DNA of 63,973 bases, the filler included, from Collodictyon triciliatum (Eukaryota): assembly GCA_043381765.1 (NCBI GenBank). It is 5 parts of 5 records of this genome, joined end to end, with 100 filler letters (N's around TTAATTAATTAA, not from the genome) between each part and the next. Parts side by side here need not be neighbours in the genome. Positions count along the whole stretch, not along the records: positions 36,475 to 54,600 come from JBHJMP010001399.1; positions 54,701 to 62,203 come from JBHJMP010001457.1; positions 62,304 to 63,973 come from JBHJMP010001573.1; 2 more parts are not named here. The stretch is one strand, 5' to 3'. Of this stretch, positions 43,023 through 62,459 are shown in pieces. The position numbers and the translations under genes were made by a program. Below the pieces are notes generated by a model that saw nothing but the letters and a program-made list of their open reading frames with translations, searched no databases and was not told the origin of the DNA. The stretch's first letter is position 1. Each line of letters starts with the position of its first letter.

Positions 43023-44038
43023 CTGTTAGAACTGGCTGATATGAGACCAAATCCCTATGTCGATGAGCAAAAGATGAAGAGAAAGAATATATATTCATGT
43101 GCACGAACCTGCAGCACCTAAAAACTAAGTAGCATTATCTCTTATGATAATCAGAGAGTGCTGTGAATATAACTCAATGAAACTGCGACAACGAGACTGC
43201 AGCACTTATCAATCATCGCGCCACTTATAGAGAAAAAAAATTCATATAACCTTTTGCTTTTGATCAAACGGGCCACACAGGTCAAAAGAAACAAGGGACA
43301 CTCTTATCAGCACAGAGCCAGAAGAAAAAAAAAAGGGAGAGAGTCAGAAGTAGGAGAAAGAAAAAAAAAGGACACTAAATAGAAAAGCAAAGGAACAAAT
43401 GAACGAGAGAGAAAAATATAAGAAGAAAGCTTGGTGGCGAGAAGAGAATTCTATTCAAAAGAAGAAAAACAACAAATACTGATAACATAGACGGGGATCG
43501 AACGGCTAGGAGACTCCATTTCCAAGCAACAGAAAACGAAAACGGACACTGGCAGCGCGGTAAACATAATGGGAATGAAATAGAAGAAGAAAAATGAGAT
43601 GATTCCCATATCTATACTTTCTGTCATCTTTCTTTATACAGACACTTTATACCAGTGGGTGCAGAAAGACCCCAAAATGAACATGCTTTGGGGAATCGGG
43701 ACAAGAAAGGCGACCCTTCAGAGGCCGGTGGGAGGGAGGGTCGTCTCTTTTGCAGCCCAAAGGTAGGCATTGTCCAGAGACAGCGCCCATCTGGTACATG
43801 GGATGTGACTCGGATGATTTTGGTTGCGATGATAGATATAGTCGGGTTTTATCTTCGTCTTATCTTTTCAGAGCGATTACAGGGATCTGTGACCTTAGGT
43901 TTGACAGATTCTCGCGGCTGGGTCAGAAAAGAGGGATGGGACGCACTTTTGGATTAATTGGTTTCTTTTGATATTAACTCACCCACACACGTGGTGGTTC
44001 AAAGGGGTGTATTCTTTTATGAGGAAAGAGCCCAGCGG

Positions 44039-44904
44039 TCACCAGTGCATCCATGAGTCCGTTTGAGGAGCTTGAATGCTGCCATAAGCGCCCAAATCAC
44101 CTCTTGACAGAGAAGCTATCGACTGGTATTCGGTCAATTCTTGAAGCATGGGGAGGATGTTGTTATACTCTGAAGCACTCAACGAGCTCATTTTCTTGTC
44201 GACCTCCTCCAGGATAGATTCGACTTCCGCTTCAATACTCAACCCTCCGTCACCACCATCTCCATCAACCAAAAAGACGTCCTGGAATATAATAAATAAA
44301 GTATTGTACACGAACTAAAAGAGTGTTTATCAAGTGTATATCATTCATCAAATGACATGGAGTTGTAAGACTCATCCAAAATGATACTTGTTTCAAGAAA
44401 AAGACACCATACTATATAACATCAAGCTTCAAGTTGATGAGACACATTACAGTCCTCCTAGATGCACGAGTAAACCGAATGGATTACTTACACGAAACGT
44501 AAATATCACTCGGCAGTACATCAGGTGGACTCTCAGCGTGACAGCCAAAGGGAGGTTACTGTCGCTAATATCAAGGTATGACTTGAGCATTTCTATCTGG
44601 TGCCGAATCAGCATCAATAGAGGCATGGTGGCCTCCGTCTCTCCCATCAACTTGTAAACCCACACATCTAGCTTGATTTCAATCAAACGCACAATCACTT
44701 CGATATATGATGAATTCAATATATCAATAAATGCAAGCGTTTGCTCTTCATTTGGAAACCACGTTGTCGGAAAGAAAAGAAAAGAAAAGCAAAGAAAAAA
44801 GTATGATGGTTAGTGATATAATACTGGCATTCTTACAGGGTCTTGACCATTAGGATCGTAACCGAAATAATATTGATACAAATAGCAATAGGTAACTAAG
44901 CATG

Positions 44905-45002
<98 letters not shown>

Positions 45003-45436
45003 CGTAAGAGCCAAGGTCATGCATACGTGATACAGAAGGAGCTCTTAGAAAAAACAGATTTTGTTGGCATGATCAAGCCCAAACCTGAGCCTGTTTGTGA
45101 AGCTCTTGTTTTCCAGAGGCTACAAAACTTCCGCCTCAGCTGGCTGATCAGACTCAGCAACTTGGCCCGCCCCGTCTCCACAGTCTTGCGGATGACATTG
45201 CGCAGAACCTCGCCGGAAGTCGGTGGGATAGAAGTCTCCAGTCTGTGGTATGGAGCCCACTCCTTCGACAGGATGAATCCAACAGCCTCCTCCAGACTCA
45301 CAGCCTCGTCGATGTTGGTTAGGCTGTTTAGCAAGAGAAGCGTCTCGAGCACATCGGCCGGCTGATCAAGAGTCTTGTAGAGGCTGATGAGTTTGAAGCA
45401 CTCCTGATTGGTCAGGGCGGCTGTGCCAAGGGACAT
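44039..45436 (-). CDS. Hypothetical alpha-helical protein, multi-exon
   Basis: Coding-like exons MSLGTAALTNQECFKLISLY..., LNSSYIEVIVRLIEIKLDVWVYK... and DVFLVDGDG...SWMHW* are flanked by GT/AG. No family recognised. Confidence 0.55.
44905..45000 (+). repeat. (AAT)n microsatellite filling almost an entire intron
   Basis: Directly visible. Confidence 0.9.
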
Positions 45437-46862
45437 CCTTCCGCAGGCCTGAGTGTGTTGGGTGCTTGAATGTTTTATGCAAAAGAGAAAGAGTGTCATT
45501 GGGAGCGTTTGTTATTGGAGGATATTGCGAACGGAGTTAAGGGTCAGCCATTCACACAGGCAGAATTGAGTGGTGGGAATGATAGCCTGCAGAGGAGAAA
45601 GGGCGCCTTCGCATAGTTGCTGCGGGTTGGGTAGTTTTGAATGAAAGAAAAAAAATATGAGGGTTTCGAACCGGAGAACGGCACACTCATGCTTTTGTCT
45701 TTGTTGTTTAGCAAAATTTATTTGGGTTTATCTTTTCTTTCTTTTTTTCTTCTTTTTTGACCAGATTCGTAAAAAAAAAAAAAAAAAACTTGCTAAACGC
45801 TCCTGTGCGTGGCAGAGACGGTTAGATATAAACACTTATTTTTGCTAATAATGCACGGTAGGGTTCATCGCTTAGAGGAACTTAGCACAATTACCATTTC
45901 TCTGATTATTTTCCCCTTTGGAAAAAGGTGTGTACCCACCTATGCGCCCTTAGTCTTCGCAATCACACGGAGCTCGACAGGACGACGGCTGTTTATATCC
46001 TAATGTAGAACACTCCAGAGCGAACTCTTTATGGGTATTCCTTTGAAGCCTCATATATCGTCTGCTTTGCCATTTTAGTTAGTTAGGAGCGACAGGTTTT
46101 TGTGAGATATAACCCTCATCTCCTAACCTGCAGACGGTGGATACAATCCTTTAGTCTCTCTTTCCTTTTCCTTTTTCTCTTCTTTGCTCTTATTTTTATA
46201 TTACCTGGATTGACTTTAAAATATGTGTATATCAACGGGCTTCTCTTTGCCACCTCGAGCATGGGCTGTGTTCCTTGTGAGATTTGAGTATCCTCTTTTT
46301 TTTCCAGACAGCGCCTGTGATGTGTCGATACAGTAGAGTCCAAGAAATAGCAAATGCAAATGCAGCGCACCTTCATTAGTAAAGATATAAGTGCGCTCGG
46401 ATTGCTGATACTGCCTGCCAATTATTCTCGAGCGCCGTTCTGCTAAATCAGGCTCTGTCTTTATAATCATACAGGTAATTAAACCTCGATGAGCCGTTAG
46501 ACTCTGCGTTGGTTTGTGATATAGTACTAATTCTATATATATATAATATTCATTACATAATTTTAGATGCTGATATATCGCCTTACATGAATTGGCAGAA
46601 TTATAATACTATATATTTAATTTCCATATGTAATGAACGCTTTAAGAGATCAGATCCATCGATTATTTCCTCTTTGGCCAGTCCATCCAATCAGCCTCTG
46701 CGAACAAGAAAGCCTGCAGGTGTGTTTGTAGCGATCCTGTGCAAGTCTTTTTGCGCTTTGCCTAAGGAAAGGAACAGTAGTCTCGCAACAAATATATTCT
46801 GCACATAATTTGCAAAGCTCAGTTTTCAAAGTGTTTATGCAACCGCAATACAGTCCGACTCC

Positions 46863-54481
<7,619 letters not shown>

Positions 54482-54504
54482 GTATGGAACACTTTAAAAT
54501 ATAT

Positions 54505-54505
<1 letters not shown>

Positions 54506-54599
<94 letters not shown>

Positions 54600-54600
54600 A
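54506..54600 (+). repeat. (AAAG)n microsatellite at contig end
   Basis: Directly visible. Confidence 0.9.
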
Positions 54601-54700
54601 NNNNNNNNNNNNNNNNNNNNNNNNNNNNNNNNNNNNNNNNNNNNTTAATTAATTAANNNNNNNNNNNNNNNNNNNNNNNNNNNNNNNNNNNNNNNNNNNN
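54601..54700. other. Artificial contig-joining linker
   Basis: 44 N + TTAATTAATTAA + 44 N. Confidence 0.95.
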
Positions 54701-54820
54701 CTTTTGCATGAGCGAAGCGTCAAAGAGCCAGGCAGGGCAGCCATACCGCGCGCTCTGATCACACCAGAAATTCATTGGCACCCGACAAGCAGAACGCTGC
54801 GCTTGACAAAAGGACTCGCA

Positions 54821-56234
54821 ATGGAGTCGGAAGCAGACCCTTTCCTTCGAACCATCCGCAGATCAGAGTTGGAGGCAAAGGGGAACAGGGAAGTTGTTCA
54901 TGTAGCTGGGCGGGTGGTAAGGCGTCCTTTTTCCTTCTTCATTCTCTCATTTTTTTTTTTTGTTCGTTCTTGCCTGCTGTGGTTTTGGATGGGTGTTGGC
55001 TTCACATTCTCATATGTTTCATTCTATCCACACATGGGCGCCAACGATAAACTGTGAGCGCCAAGAAAAACATACACATACAAAGAATGATGCAAAGGTG
55101 TGTCTAGGTTCTGGTATTGGTCAATAAGGGCCGACTCCACGCTATGGATGCAATCTGCTATCATGCCGGAGGGAATTTGATAGGCGGGGATATCGAGGTA
55201 TGAACATAAACCAGTCTTATGTGATCATCACTCGGTAGACTTTTTCTTTATTGGAAGAAATAGATGGTGGAATGGAAAGAAAATGACAACAGGAAATTGA
55301 AAACCACTTATCCTGCTTCCATTCATTCTAATATATCACCACATATGAATACTTGACGTAATCAAACAAACAATCAAACAATCAAACAATCAAACAATCA
55401 AACAACCAAACAATCAAACAATCAAACAATCAAACAATCAAACAATCAAACAATCAAACAATCAAACAATCAAACAATCAAACAATCAAACAATCAAACA
55501 ATCAAACAAACAATCAAACAAACAAACAAACAAACAAACAAACAAACAAACAAACAAACAAACAAACAAACAAACAAACAAACAAACAAACAAACAAACA
55601 AACAAACAAACAAACAAACAGGATATAGCGCAGCAATCATGCATAAAGTGCCCTTGGCACGCGTATATATTTACACTCGATACTGGTGAAGGACTTTACA
55701 GGTAATTGCAAAGTTATCACATGTATTTTATAAATCGATTATTCCAAGAATTCACCAATATCTGTTATGTGTAACTCTGGAGAATTGGAAGCATCCACAA
55801 TTGAGTTTTCTTCATCAAATATTCTTTTTTTTCCCTTCTTGCAATGTGCGATGATTGAGATATCTTTGATGCTAAAAATTTGATTTACAAACACAGAGGA
55901 ATTGATGGAAATATGAAATCAAAAGGAGTGCGCCAGGTTTTCTTCTCTTCTCATAACAAAACATCTATTGGCAAATCTATTCTTTAATCGTAGAAATGAG
56001 ATACACCTGTTGAAGATGATACCTTCCCTCACAAGAAAAGGAAAATGAAGATATAATAATCATAATAATAATTCTATCTGCCAATAGCCCTGACCAAAAC
56101 CAACCCAATAGAGAATCCATCAAGTGAAAGAGGACGAGGAAGGATGGATATGGATCAAAGTCGCACCGAAAGGAGCAGAGCCCAAAGTATCTTCCGACGA
56201 ATACGCCTTTGGCGAGAAACATCCATACCTATAA
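54821..56234 (+). CDS. RFESD: Soluble Rieske [2Fe-2S] domain-containing protein (RFESD-like), 5 exons
   Basis: The spliced product contains LHAMDAICYHAGGNLIGGDIE|DIAQQSCIKCPWHAYIFTLDTGEGLY..KSKGVRQ|RIHQV, with the CxH and CxxH ligand motifs. The ORF track misses it. Confidence 0.88.
55360..55620 (+). repeat. Compound (AAACAATC)n-(AAAC)n microsatellite ending at a splice acceptor
   Basis: Directly visible. Confidence 0.9.
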
Positions 56235-56421
56235 AACACAAGCGCTGGCAACCAAGCGCAGCCTCCAAGATGATCGTATAACAAACCGCATCTACTATGC
56301 CAGACCTGCTCCAACGCAGCGATCATTCGCCTCACAGATCACCGCCAACCCAGCGCAGCACAAGCAAAGCAAGGAGACACAGAGCCGAAAAGCCCGGGCT
56401 GCAGAAAGCACAGACAACAAG

Positions 56422-59400
56422 ATGAACCCCCCCGGAATCGACTCTGGTTCTGCACAAGCGATCACCGAGCAGCCCGCAAACACGGCACCGCCATGTTCTC
56501 CCTGGCTGCAAACGCGAGGTCTTGGCCCTATCCCACTGGCAGAGCGTTTTCTGTGCGGCTTCTGCAAAGGCCAGTGCCTCGAGCCGCGCCTTCTTCCTTG
56601 CCGGCACCTTGTGTGTCGCGGCTGCCTGCAGCTGAGTCGCAGCGCACAGGAGGCTGCGTCCGGCGAGGATTCGGCCATCAAGTGTCCCGTCTGCTTCGGC
56701 CCAATCCCCGTGGGCAGTGCGAGCCACAGACCCAGTCCGTCACTGTCTCTGGCCACACAACTACTCCGCTCACAAAGCAACGAAGCCGCTTCGGCTGCAT
56801 CCACAACTGCAGATGCAGAGACGGCAAAGGACAGCATTGCGGCGTCGCTGCACAGGGCAAACGCGCGGGCGGGATTTCTGGCCCGTGCAGTGGATGTGCT
56901 GCATCAGTCGGAGGCGCTGCTGAGCGAGAGATGTGCCCAGGCCGAAGGCGACGTGGACGCTTTGTTTGATCGGCTGCTTCAGGCGCTGCAGGTTCGCAGG
57001 CAGCATCTGCTGGATGAGCTGAGGGAAAAGCATGCGGCAAAGGTAGATGTCTTGCGCAATCAGAAGGCGCAGCTGCAGAGTGTCCTCATGGACATGAAAT
57101 GGAGCTTATCTTGCGCAGAGGTAATCCAAAAGTCTGCACCAGAGACCGATGTGCTGCGCATCAGGGAAGAGCTGTGCACTGAGCTGGACTTGGCTGGTCG
57201 TGCTTCCATTCCATTGGAACCTACGGAAAAGGTTAGCGTCGCGACAGCCTATGGCTCTTCAGTAATCTGCATTGCTTGTGTGAAGCGTTGGTGTTGTTGT
57301 ACTATGGATGTTTAGGGAGAGGATGATTAATACATGCGCATTGTGAAGGATGTTAACAGGGGATTTTGATGAATTGTATACGCCGGAATTGTGTTGGAAA
57401 ATTTTACTTTTTTTTTTATTTCGGATATACTGAGGTTTTTTTTTTTTGAAAAAAAAAACGGTATAATAGATTGACGTTTCCCTTCAATCGGCTTACGAAG
57501 TGGAAAATGAAGCAAATCTGGAGGATGTGTTTGCAAAATATGGGCAGCTGCGCTGGAATTATGCTGATGTCACAAAGATGAAAAGTGGATTGAAAAAGTA
57601 AGTTTTTTTTTTTTTACTTTTGCATTCAATATTCATTTTCATATCCCTTTGACGAAAACTTAGAAAATGCCTCCTAGACAAATGGAATTGAAAACTTAAA
57701 CAGATATTACATTTTTTTGTATGAATTTATATCCTTTCCTTCCCCGAATATGATGTCCGCACCAGACACTGAATTCAGAAACTTTATTCTAAAACTGCAG
57801 AAAAGGAAGTGTCAATTCACTTCAACAGTTTGAAATAAAGGAAATATCGAGAATAACTGCTCGATTTGGTGGAAAAGGCACTCAGTTGGGTCGTCTTAAC
57901 CACCCGTATCGTGTTGCTGTCGACTTCAATACGGGTTATATTGTTGTGTCAGACAGCGATAATAATCGCATTCAGGTGATTTTCGGTCGCCTATAAAATC
58001 TTTTGTGTTTAATAAGTTCTTGTTAAATCGTTATAAAATTCTGAATCATATCGTAGAATGGACAGTTCCGAAAGAATGTCATTGAAGAACACTTTATACA
58101 TTAATGTTAATTTCCATATTTGACAGATATACCAGCCAGACGGGACACCTATACGGATGTTCGGCACACAAGGAGACGGAGAGGAGAATTTTCTGTTCCC
58201 GAGAGTATTGTCAAATATTACATATTTCATACATTTTATAAGAAATTCGTATATCATATAACAGCCATGGCGAGTGGTAGCATTATGATAATTATTTTAA
58301 TTAATGTAGAACCTGATATAAAACAGGGTGTTGCTGTTGACGATGAAAGCAGAATTGCCGTGACGGACCAATGGAATCACAGAGTGCACGTATGCATGAT
58401 TTAGTTAATTGATCAAATCCTTCTGATTTTTTTTTTTTTTTTTTTTTGCTTTTCTACACATTAAAACAAAGGGAATGTATAAGAATAATACGTATGTAGA
58501 AAAATGTAGCAAGATGAATATGTCCCCTGAAATTTCATGCCTTTATGAAGGGTATTTTTTTTGGAATGATTTGATAATATTTAAATCCAGTGATTCATTT
58601 AAGTTTGACATTATCCATCAGATCACAAATATTGACGGCTCATTCATTTGTACGTTTGGTTCCAAAGGAGTTGAGCCAGGCCAATTCAATGAGCCTTATG
58701 GAGTAGCTTTTGACCAACATGGTCACTTGCTGGTTGCTGATTCAGATAACCACAGAATTCAAGTAAATAATTATCAAAATTGCACCAGATTTTATTCATG
58801 TATTCATCATTTCAGTTTTACGCCGCGAAAACAGATTCAAGAAAAGAAGGAGATGAAAGACTTTGTTTATTTTTTTCCAGAAAATAAAATGAAGTCGAAG
58901 GGCTTAGCGATCGGGCAGCCTATTCATCGATGGATGCACCTTTTATCATTTTTTTTAAAAGAAAAAACAACTTCTTTTTATGAAAGGTGCTTTCTATAGA
59001 GGGCACATTTATACGGATGTTTGGGAAGAAAGGGACCGAACCAGGAGAATTTCGACATCCTTCAGGGATTACTGTTGACGATTCCGGCAGAATTCTTGTT
59101 TCTGACACATTAAATCACCGGATTCAAGTAAACTTGCTCGAGAGTTTACTTTTTTAAAAAACAAAAAACAAACAAAAAACAAACAAAATCAACCCGCATC
59201 AATACTATCACTTTCAATTGGAATTTGATGAATATTTACTCGTAAATGAGCACCTCTTCATATTGAATCATACCTAAAATCAATCAGATTTTCACGGAAG
59301 GAGGCGAGTTTGTCAAGTCATTTGGAAAGAAAGGGTCAAATAGATCAGAGTTTATTTTCCCTGAAGGAATTGATACGGACTCAAAAGGAAATATATTTGT

Positions 59401-59696
59401 CACGGACGCAGGGAACAATCGAATTCAAGTACCACGAACTATCGCATACACACCCTCGCACCCCATTCAATTAATTTGCATGGGGAGAATCGAATATAAA
59501 GCACTGACAAAGTAATGATAATAAACGTACATCAACTAAATTGTAGGTTTTCTCGCCTCAGGGTGAGTTTATACATGCGTTTGGGAATGAGGGCCCGCTA
59601 GATACCAAACTTCTTCAACCCACAGGAATAGCTTTAGATTCCAATGACCGAATCTACGTTGCTGACCACAAGAATAACCGAATAATCGTATATTAA
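56422..59696 (+). CDS. TRIM-NHL-like E3 ligase: RING (C3HC4) + BBC-like coiled coil + six NHL repeats
   Basis: CGFC...PRLLPCRHLVCRGC...IKCPVC, then DVDALFDRLLQALQVRRQHLLDEL, then NHL units such as FGSKGVEPGQFNEPYGVAFDQHGHLLVADSDNHRIQ. Confidence 0.85.
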
Positions 59697-60130
59697 CCAA
59701 TCACGTTCGTCCAATACCACTTTTGTTGTTGGCAGCGACTGTAAGACATGATATATCACCTTCTTTCCCCTTTCTTCCCACTTACGAACATGATGAAATG
59801 TTTGGATGGTTGTTCTGTGTGTGATTTGAATAAAGGAAAAACAAGCTTCTTGTTCTCAGTGAGGTTAACATGATGGATCGATCTTTCGATGAATACAATC
59901 GAAAAAAAAAAAAAAAAAGACCAACGAAAGAGCAAATCCTTTTTCAGCTGAAATGCCCATCAACTCATACTAATCAACATTCATAGTTCCAAGCAGGCAA
60001 TTATCAAAGACTAGCAACCTGATAAGCTTCTGAATCACAGTTTTTGTTAAATTATTACAAAAAAAAAAAAAACAAGACTGAGTAATCCACCAAAGAAAAG
60101 TATAGAAGGGCAAGTTATGAGAAAAAAGGG

Positions 60131-61748
60131 TCAGGCTCCAACAATCCGCCCAATAGCAGAAAGCGTAACGAATAATCGTCCGTCTCTGTCAAACACTGCA
60201 CCAGATGGTCCAGAAAAATAAGTTTCTGCCAACAAACGTCCGGATGGTCCGTAAGTCCACATGCGCTCATGCCTCGCACTTGTCAGCACAAACCCACCGT
60301 TCGGCCCACGACCCAGGAAGTTAGTAAGCCCAGTTTCCTTCACCGGGATTTGATTCAGAAACCTCCCGTCTGTGGAGTAAACGCGAACACAATTGCCAGT
60401 TTTTGGAATGGTAAGTAACTCGTTAGAATCATTTACAGCCAAACCAACTACCTTCCCGACAGACGGCCAAAGAGAGTCCTTCCCAATGACACAGATGAAT
60501 GCTCCGGCTTTCGAAAACTTTTGCACACGTTCGTTATTGGTATCTGCAACATAAAAGTTTTCATCTTGGTCGAAAGCAATATAGGTTGGTCGGTCAAAGC
60601 GACCAGGCAAATGACTTTGTCCTCCTCCAATGGTGCGAATGGGCACATGGTCCTTTGCGTCAAAGAGCTGTACGCGATTGTTTTGGTGTTCTGTAACTGC
60701 AAGAATAAGACCGTCAGGTGAGAATGCAACGCCAAAAGGGCTGGTGAACTCACCCGAACCAGTCCCCGGCTTACCAACGCGACCGACATAGTCCAATGAA
60801 GGGGTCAAGATATGGACGCGATGGCCTGCTGCATCTGCAACATATATCAGTCCTGTGGTGGGATGAACTGCAATACCTCTTGGCTCATCGATCGAGTTTC
60901 CCTGACGTTGGTTGGCTTTGGATTCGACGAGTATATGCACTGAGATATCTGCAGCGAATGCTCTTGTAATTGGCCAAACAACAAAGTCGCACAGAAAATT
61001 GAATCCAGGTAAACGCGATGAAAAGCCATCTGATTCATCACTAGATTTTCGAGGAGGGAGGATGGAAATCAAGCTAGTGGGTAGGCGTAAGCGAATGCGA
61101 TATGAGGGGATGGGTTCTATGTGAATCTTTTGTGATGCCAACAAAAGCCTTCTCAAACGGATTTCATTTCCACTTCCCTTTACAGTCGGCAAAAGATGCA
61201 GCGCAATTGAAGCCTGTGTTTCTTGAGAAGAGAGTAATTTACTGTTGAACAGATAGCACCGTCTTATCTAGTTATATTTGATACAGAGCGCTCAATAACA
61301 GTAAAAATCTAAATTAAACAGCAATATTTTTTTTTATTTTTTTAAAAGAAAAAGCAAATCTAGAGGACAAGAGAATCTATCGATGCACAATTGAAAATAA
61401 GAGAATGCCTGATATCTACGGCTCCAGAGATATTACACCCAGATTTTGTTTAGATGGCATATAAGTGCATCGGAGAGCCGTGAATATGAACTTTATCAAG
61501 TGATTTACATGGTTGGTCTCTTTACTCACGTGGCTTAATATGCACTGCTCCTGTATGTTTATCGCGCTGCGGGCCTCACTGAAGCGCAAGACCAAGAGCT
61601 GGTCCACATGTTCCAAGCTGCTTTCGACCTGAGCAAACATCAAGCGTGAGTTCAGCTCCAAAATGAGGCCTTGTGAAGCAACTTGCACGCTGCCTACCTG
61701 ATCCATAGTCCTTTCAAACAGTTCTACACTTGACTTGTGTGCGTTCAT
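60131..61748 (-). CDS. NHL-repeat (six-bladed beta-propeller) protein with helical N-terminus, probably 2 exons
   Basis: EPRGIAVHPTTGLIYVADAAGHRV, GKPGTGSGEFTSPFGVAFSPDG and GRFDRPTYIAFDQDENFYVADTNNERVQKF. Exon 1 from 61748 can splice in phase 0 to 61267. Confidence 0.8.
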
Positions 61749-62086
61749 CTTTCCTACTATTTCTTTTTATCCTCGCTCTGTCCTTGGTAAGAGACATCAG
61801 TAAGCACTTCTCGAAAGAAAGTATATAACTTTCATATCACGCTTGGCGCGAAGTATTGGATGAGTGGCCAGTGTATTCCGACGTACATCAGAGCCGCATC
61901 TTATGAAACCATTTGTCGAAGCATAAACTCGATGTAGAAAAAAGAAAAAAGAAAAGAGAAAAAAGAAAAGAGAAAAAGAAAAGAGAAAAAAGAAAAAAGA
62001 AAAAGAAAAGAAAAAAGCGCGTAATTCCCAGAAAACCCGAATAAAAGGCTGGATCACGCGATGCGTACCCTAGCACACGAACAAGC

Positions 62087-62203
62087 TCTTTCTCTTTCTC
62101 TCTTTCTCTCTTTCTCTCTTTCTCTCTTTCTCTCTTTCTCTCTTTCTCTCTTTCTCTCTTTCTCTCTTTCTCTCTTTCTCTCTTTCTCTCTTTCTCTCTT
62201 TCT
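62087..62203 (+). repeat. (TCTCTTTC)n microsatellite at contig end
   Basis: Directly visible. Confidence 0.9.
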
Positions 62204-62303
62204 NNNNNNNNNNNNNNNNNNNNNNNNNNNNNNNNNNNNNNNNNNNNTTAATTAATTAANNNNNNNNNNNNNNNNNNNNNNNNNNNNNNNNNNNNNNNNN
62301 NNN
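62204..62303. other. Artificial contig-joining linker
   Basis: 44 N + TTAATTAATTAA + 44 N. Confidence 0.95.
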
Positions 62304-62459
62304 TTTTGACGGTAATAAAGAGTGGGGATTATACAGATAGGTGTGTACCCATAGTGGTCGAAAGAGACAAACCCGCCCCAATCAAAGAAAGTCAATTGTT
62401 GTCGCTATATAACTCATACAAAAGCAGACGATTTATCAAACGGCCGAGTAACCACTTCA

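Noticed and set aside
43980-44041. Possible TGA readthrough or selenocysteine at the end of the 44039-45436 gene
   Set aside because: The frame stays open only briefly, I see no SECIS or homology support, and other genes here use TGA as a normal stop.
44745-44850. Possible non-canonical (AC-ending) intron
   Set aside because: A GT-AG solution (AATG|GTCAAG...GAAG|AG) keeps the frame, and there is no U12-type donor.
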